Below, in pieces: positions 59,531 to 64,000 of a stretch of DNA of 64,000 bases. This DNA is from Klebsormidium nitens (Eukaryota; Plantae; Klebsormidiophyceae). Positions within the stretch are counted from its first letter, which is position 1, and the number at the start of each line of letters is the position of its first letter. A program made the translations under genes and the position numbers. Where the stretch lies: assembly GCA_000708835.1 (NCBI GenBank), contig DF237046.1, positions 132,079 through 196,078 on the forward strand, read 5' to 3'. The notes under the pieces were generated by a model, which was not told the DNA's origin, made no database searches, and saw nothing but the letters and a program-made list of their open reading frames with translations.

Positions 59531-60393
59531 ACAGCACCTTTATTCATTTCATTGTGAGCGCTCAATGCCAATGCCAATGGCTCTGCGAAGTGCAGCAGCT
59601 TTTCTGACGATATTGAGGATCTTGTAGCCTGTAGGCCTTCAGGCAGGAAGGCAGGAAAGCAGGCTTCGTGGGTGATTGGGAATTGGACTACTTTACCAGA
59701 GGGGGGCTACCGGAAAAAGGCTCAGCTTTGGTCGCCAGCTTGGGATGGTGTAATTGATTTGAAGAGGTGAGACCAGGAACGTTGGAATTGACTTCTCTAT
59801 GAGTTGCGGAGGTCTTTCGTACAATCCCACACAGCTGCGACCTCGTGGTAGGTAATCTCGATTCAGGCGTAAGCTGATTGCGTGGCACATGACCTAACTT
59901 TCTCCTTGGTCCGTCGAGGGGGCTTTGAGTGGTGCTGGACATTGATTAGACCAAAAGTTGTCTACAACCAAACGAATTTTGGAACAAGTGGTAAGTATGT
60001 CTGTGTGTGTAGTGACCGTGTGATTTGCGGGTCAATGATTATTACTGACATGAAGGAGAGAAGAACACTGATTCCTTTCCACCCCATCTATCTGTGTGGT
60101 GATTTTCAAGAGGACGTACTACTTTCTCCCTGTTAAGATACTCCGTCGGTTAGCAAAGTGGCAGCATTGTGCACATTCGCGAAGGTGGTAGAGGTAGTAT
60201 GAGCAAGAGCCGTCTGAGCAGCTTCGCAAGATTCATGTTCACTGCTGCACCTCTTCATGAGCCTGTCCTTGCCAGGTATGCAGCTGTGATTCTTAAGGCC
60301 ATCTTCTTTAGATAGCAGGACTGTTTTCCCTGTACTTGCTCAACACCATGAACAGTCGTTCTGTACTGCAGGCCTACTGCTCCTGCCGTCTGC

Positions 60394-63300
60394 ATGGGGG
60401 CAGGGGGCAGCCACCTGAGCCCCGCTGGTCAGGCTGCTGCTGCCCCTCCTGCTGGCGGCCAGGGGGCAGCGTCCTCTCGCCGCACCCTTCAGGATGGCCC
60501 CAGGAAGCTGGCGCGCCCCCTCATCTCGCGTGGCCCGCGAGGGGCGGGGGGGCTGCTGTCGTCGCTGTGGGGCGGCTTTGCTCCGGAGGCTGCAGCCCCG
60601 CCCGCAGCTAGTGACACTGAGCCAAGGGAGCTGGCAGCGGACTCGCGTGTGTGGGCCTTCACATACGAGGATGCGGGGGGAGGGCCCGATGAAGACAGAA
60701 AGTGAGCTCTTGCACTTCGCGTGAAGGCCGTCCGTGCCGCGGAGCTGGGGCTGTATGACAATTGTGTCAGAAGTGCATTCTCTGCGCTTCGAGGGCCAGG
60801 GCTGCTCCGCTTCGGAGGGGTGGGCTGCTCCGCTTCGGAGGGGTTCATCTCTTAGGCCCCACAGATGAGACGAACGTGCTGAGCCAGAGTATACTTCACA
60901 GCGCCTCCTAACCCCCACCGCCACTGTACAGCACTAGTCTGTTCCGGCCGCCGCTGGTCAGCGCTGCTCTTTCTGGCGCACAATTCATGTCTGCTCGCTT
61001 GATCATTCCTGAGCTCCTCCCCCCTCTTCTCCTTGACCCCCCCTCCCTGCCTGCAGGTACCTGGTGTGCCTCACCAGTGCGGCCGCGCGCCTGGAGGCGG
61101 TGGCCCCCCTTGGCACGCTGCTGCTGGTGAACGTGGGGTCGCTGCTGCTGCAGCCGGGCCTGTACTCGCTGTTCCACAACAACGTGTGCGAGCTGGGCGC
61201 CCACTGGGACGTCCCGCGCGGAGCGGCCGTGGCACCGCTGGACCTCCTCTTTGCCGCCTGCGCCTCCATGCAGAACTGGTGAGCGCCACAAGCGCCCCGC
61301 CAACAATTCCCAGACGAAGCCAGGTAGCGGCCGAGTGTTGCGGGTTCACTGTCAGTCATGCTCTAGTGGGGCTAACTTTTCGTGGACATGTTAGCAGGAC
61401 GGTTTCGCCACTCCCATCGTGGTCCTTGCCACCTCGCTCGTTAGTGCGGCCCGACCTTGACAGCTGTGCTCGCCCCCCGCTGCGCAGGCTGGCCATTGAC
61501 GACGACCACCTGGCGGTGCTGCACACGCGGGGTGCGCAGGACTTGGGTGCGGGCTCCTTCCTGCGCTTTGTGGCGGCGTGCTACCTCACGTTCAGCGAGG
61601 AGTTTGACTTCACGGTGGAGGCCCTGCAGGAGCTGCCGGTCGCACCACTGCGCAGCGGGCCTGCTTGGGCGTCCCACCGCCGGGGCAGCCCCAGCGAGGG
61701 CGCCTTTGGCACCGCCACCGCTGCACAGCGCCGCTACTGCCAGTACTTCGACATGCTGCACAACAAGGTGAGAGCGCGGCGTGCAAGCAACAGGGGCGGA
61801 CGAGTAGGCGGCTTGCCGCTTGTTTGAAATTGAAGCTGCGAATGCTTGTCCTGAAGAGAAGGTAGGTGACTGTCTAGATTGCGCCAGGGAGCAGACTGAC
61901 GGCTTTACCACATGCTGCACGAGCTGCACGAAGTTGCATCGTGGCGCCATCAGCCTGGAGTTACGGGGCCCGCTGCCATTGATCTCACTTTGGACTCGGT
62001 GCAATTGCATCGAGTCCTTGAAGCGACCCGAGATCTGCAAACGGTCTCCTAGAAGGGCGCTTTCTCTCTGCCTACCGGAAATGGCCGCCTGACCTGCGCC
62101 CAATGCACCGTGTGCGTTCAGACCATGCCGGCACGGCGCATGGGCGCGCTGCACCTGCGGCAGGTCATCCTGAGTGCTGCGCCGGGCGTGGATGGCCAGG
62201 GCGGCTGCCGGCCGTATGTCAAGGTCTTCTGGAGGGGGCAGGAGGTCAAGACCAGTGCGCCCGACCGCCAGGTGAGCCGGGCCCGCCTGCAACCAGCCGG
62301 GCGGAGGCCCCGCCCCTGGGGCCAGTCTGCAGTGCACGTTAACTGTGTGGTAGGTGATGCCTGCACACAGAAGCAGGCGTGAGGCCGTTAGTCTTGTGCA
62401 TGGAGGCCTGCGAGCGGCGGCGGTGGGTGGCTCAGGCCGGGTTCCCCTGTGTGCAGGTGCCCGCCAAGCACACGGCGGCATCGGGGTGGCAGGTGCCGTT
62501 CGAGCTGGGGGTGGAGGTGCAGGGGGACGTGGCCATCACGGTGCACCACTACACCGGTGAGCGGCCGGGGGATGGGCAGGGTAGGGCACGCAGGGAGCAG
62601 CAGCCTGGTGGCGCAGAGTCCAGTCTGTGAGATATTCAGACGAACGAGGAGTTGCAGTGTCAAGCGGGCGAGTCCGATAAGTTCCCTCGTCCGGGATTTA
62701 CGTGTGACTGACAGGACGGCAGAGTGGAAATATCCTTCTTGGCCTTGCGCGCTTGTCCGTGCCTGGCGTGCTCCCCTGCTCCGGGCGCCTCGCTGACGCC
62801 CGCTGCGCTGCCTGGCTGCAGGCGACATCTGGGCCGACGACCAGCTGCCCCTCCTCGTCTACGCCTTCCACACCGCCTTCACTGAGGCCGGCCTCGTGCG
62901 CGTCCCTCGTGCACAGGTAAGCCCCGGGCCCCCGCGAGCGGCCGCGTTCTGCTGGCCTCTCTGCCCGCCTGTCTCGGCCCCGCCTCGTCTCCGCTTCCTG
63001 CCTGCCGTGCTGACGCTCCGGTGGGCCCGCGCGTGGTTGCAGCTGGACAGCGCATACGGAGGCGCACTGGAGGTGCCCCCCGACTTCTTCCTGGACATGA
63101 TCCTGGAGCCGTCCGCGGCCGCAGTGCACGCGCGCGCGGGGGTGGGCCGGGTCAGCCAGGACGGCGACCTCGACACGGACGGGCCCGACTGGAAGGACCT
63201 CCTCCTGGCAGGCACGCAGCATGACGCACCCGCGCACACCGCAGCGCAGGTGCGCAGGAACCGGGCTCACGCGAGTGGGCTACCGTGGGTCATTGGGCCA

Positions 63301-64000
63301 CTCACAAGCTGGTTCGGTCTTCTAGTTGTCAGCGTTGTGGGTTGAGCCCGTGCATCGAGGCTGTTTGTCAACTTCTTCATCTCTCAGATAAGTTGTATTC
63401 TTGTCAGACGTGGCTTTCCCTGTACCGCCAGCACTGGCTGTGCTGCTGCCTGAGAGCCTCCCCGCTGCTCCGTGCTGCGCAGGAGAAGGGCCGCCGGCAG
63501 CAGGCCGTGATGCGCAACGTGATGAGTGAGATGAAGGCCGGCTTCGCCAGCGGGGGCACATCGGCCCTCCTGCGCAGGACGCCGGAACGGAGCCCCTCCA
63601 AGGCAGACGCCGACACGCCCACCTCGACGGCGCCGGATGCACCACCCGGCACAGAAGCGGGGCACCCAGCTGACGCCAGCGGGAGCGCTGGCGCGGGGCG
63701 CCTAGAGCCCGCCGACATCCCCAAGTTCGTGCCCCCGCCTCCCGCCGCCGCCCCCCCCTCGCCCCTCTACGTCGCCTCCTCCCCCACCTCCGCCGCCACC
63801 CGCCGACCCCCGCCCCCTCCGCGAACTATCCGGAGCACCGCCGCCTGCGCCCCCTCCCCCACCTCCGCCCCCTCCTCCGGCCCTAGCCTCCGGCTTGCCG
63901 CGCCCGCCGCCCCCTCCCCCACCGCCCAGGGGTCCAGGGCCCCCGCCTCCGCCCCGCCCCCCTGGCGCGCCCCCTCCGCCTGCGCGCCCTGGCGCCCCAC
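60394..64000 (+). CDS. Class II-type formin: PTEN-like pseudophosphatase plus C2 (tensin-type) domain plus start of the polyproline FH1; continues beyond the window
   Basis: PRELAADSRVWAFT (cf. class II formin LLEIxERVYVF); LDLLFAACASMQNWL..VLHTRG (degenerate P-loop)..AAQRRYCQYF; LHLRQVIL..GGCRPYVKVF; VQGDVAI..YAFHTAF..LD..PPDFFLDMIL; from ~63742 PPPPPPRPSTSPPPPPPPP..GAPPPAPPPPPPPPPP. FH2 is not in the window, so the formin call rests on PTEN-C2-FH1 order. Confidence 0.8.
60799..60844. repeat. Perfect 23-nt tandem duplication in a formin intron
   Basis: (gggctgctccgcttcggaggggt) x2. Confidence 0.92.

Noticed and set aside
60340-63645. Long minus-strand ORFs opposite the formin (e.g. 61441..62481, 346 aa)
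   Set aside because: Antisense shadows of GC-rich exons, crossing plus-strand introns, with no recognisable domain.
1-64000. CRISPR arrays, transposase/reverse-transcriptase/integrase ORFs, viral genes, rRNA
   Set aside because: None seen. The tandem repeats have two adjacent copies with no spacers, and every long coding region is explained by host genes.

Overview
Intron-rich eukaryotic nuclear DNA from a green alga. GT-AG introns, plastid transit peptides and land-plant-like protein sequences suggest a streptophyte alga, but the species cannot be determined here. About 16 protein-coding genes can be assembled by hand: caleosin (3' end off the left edge), ABC1K8/OSA1 kinase, thylakoid FKBP16-3, plastid rhomboid RBL10, an orphan coiled-coil protein, a CaMK-group kinase, MSP1/ATAD1 AAA-ATPase, an uncharacterised beta-strand-rich protein, two uncharacterised cyanobacterial-type plastid membrane proteins, p47/PUX UBX protein, APC2, TANGO2/NRDE, VPS29, SnRK2 and a class II PTEN-like formin (off the right edge). 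No transposase or reverse-transcriptase ORFs, rRNA, tRNA or CRISPR were seen. The most striking observation is a pair of tandem paralogous 81-nt exons in FKBP16-3. Both are intact, differ mostly at synonymous sites, and are separated by a 65-nt GC-AG spacer: the signature of mutually exclusive splicing of an active-site exon. Also noted: GTAC clusters and telo-boxes in divergent promoters, three probable homopolymer frameshifts, and several short intronic tandem duplications. All family assignments rest on recalled motif consensus, not database searches. Exon boundaries were read by eye, and '~' marks approximate ones.
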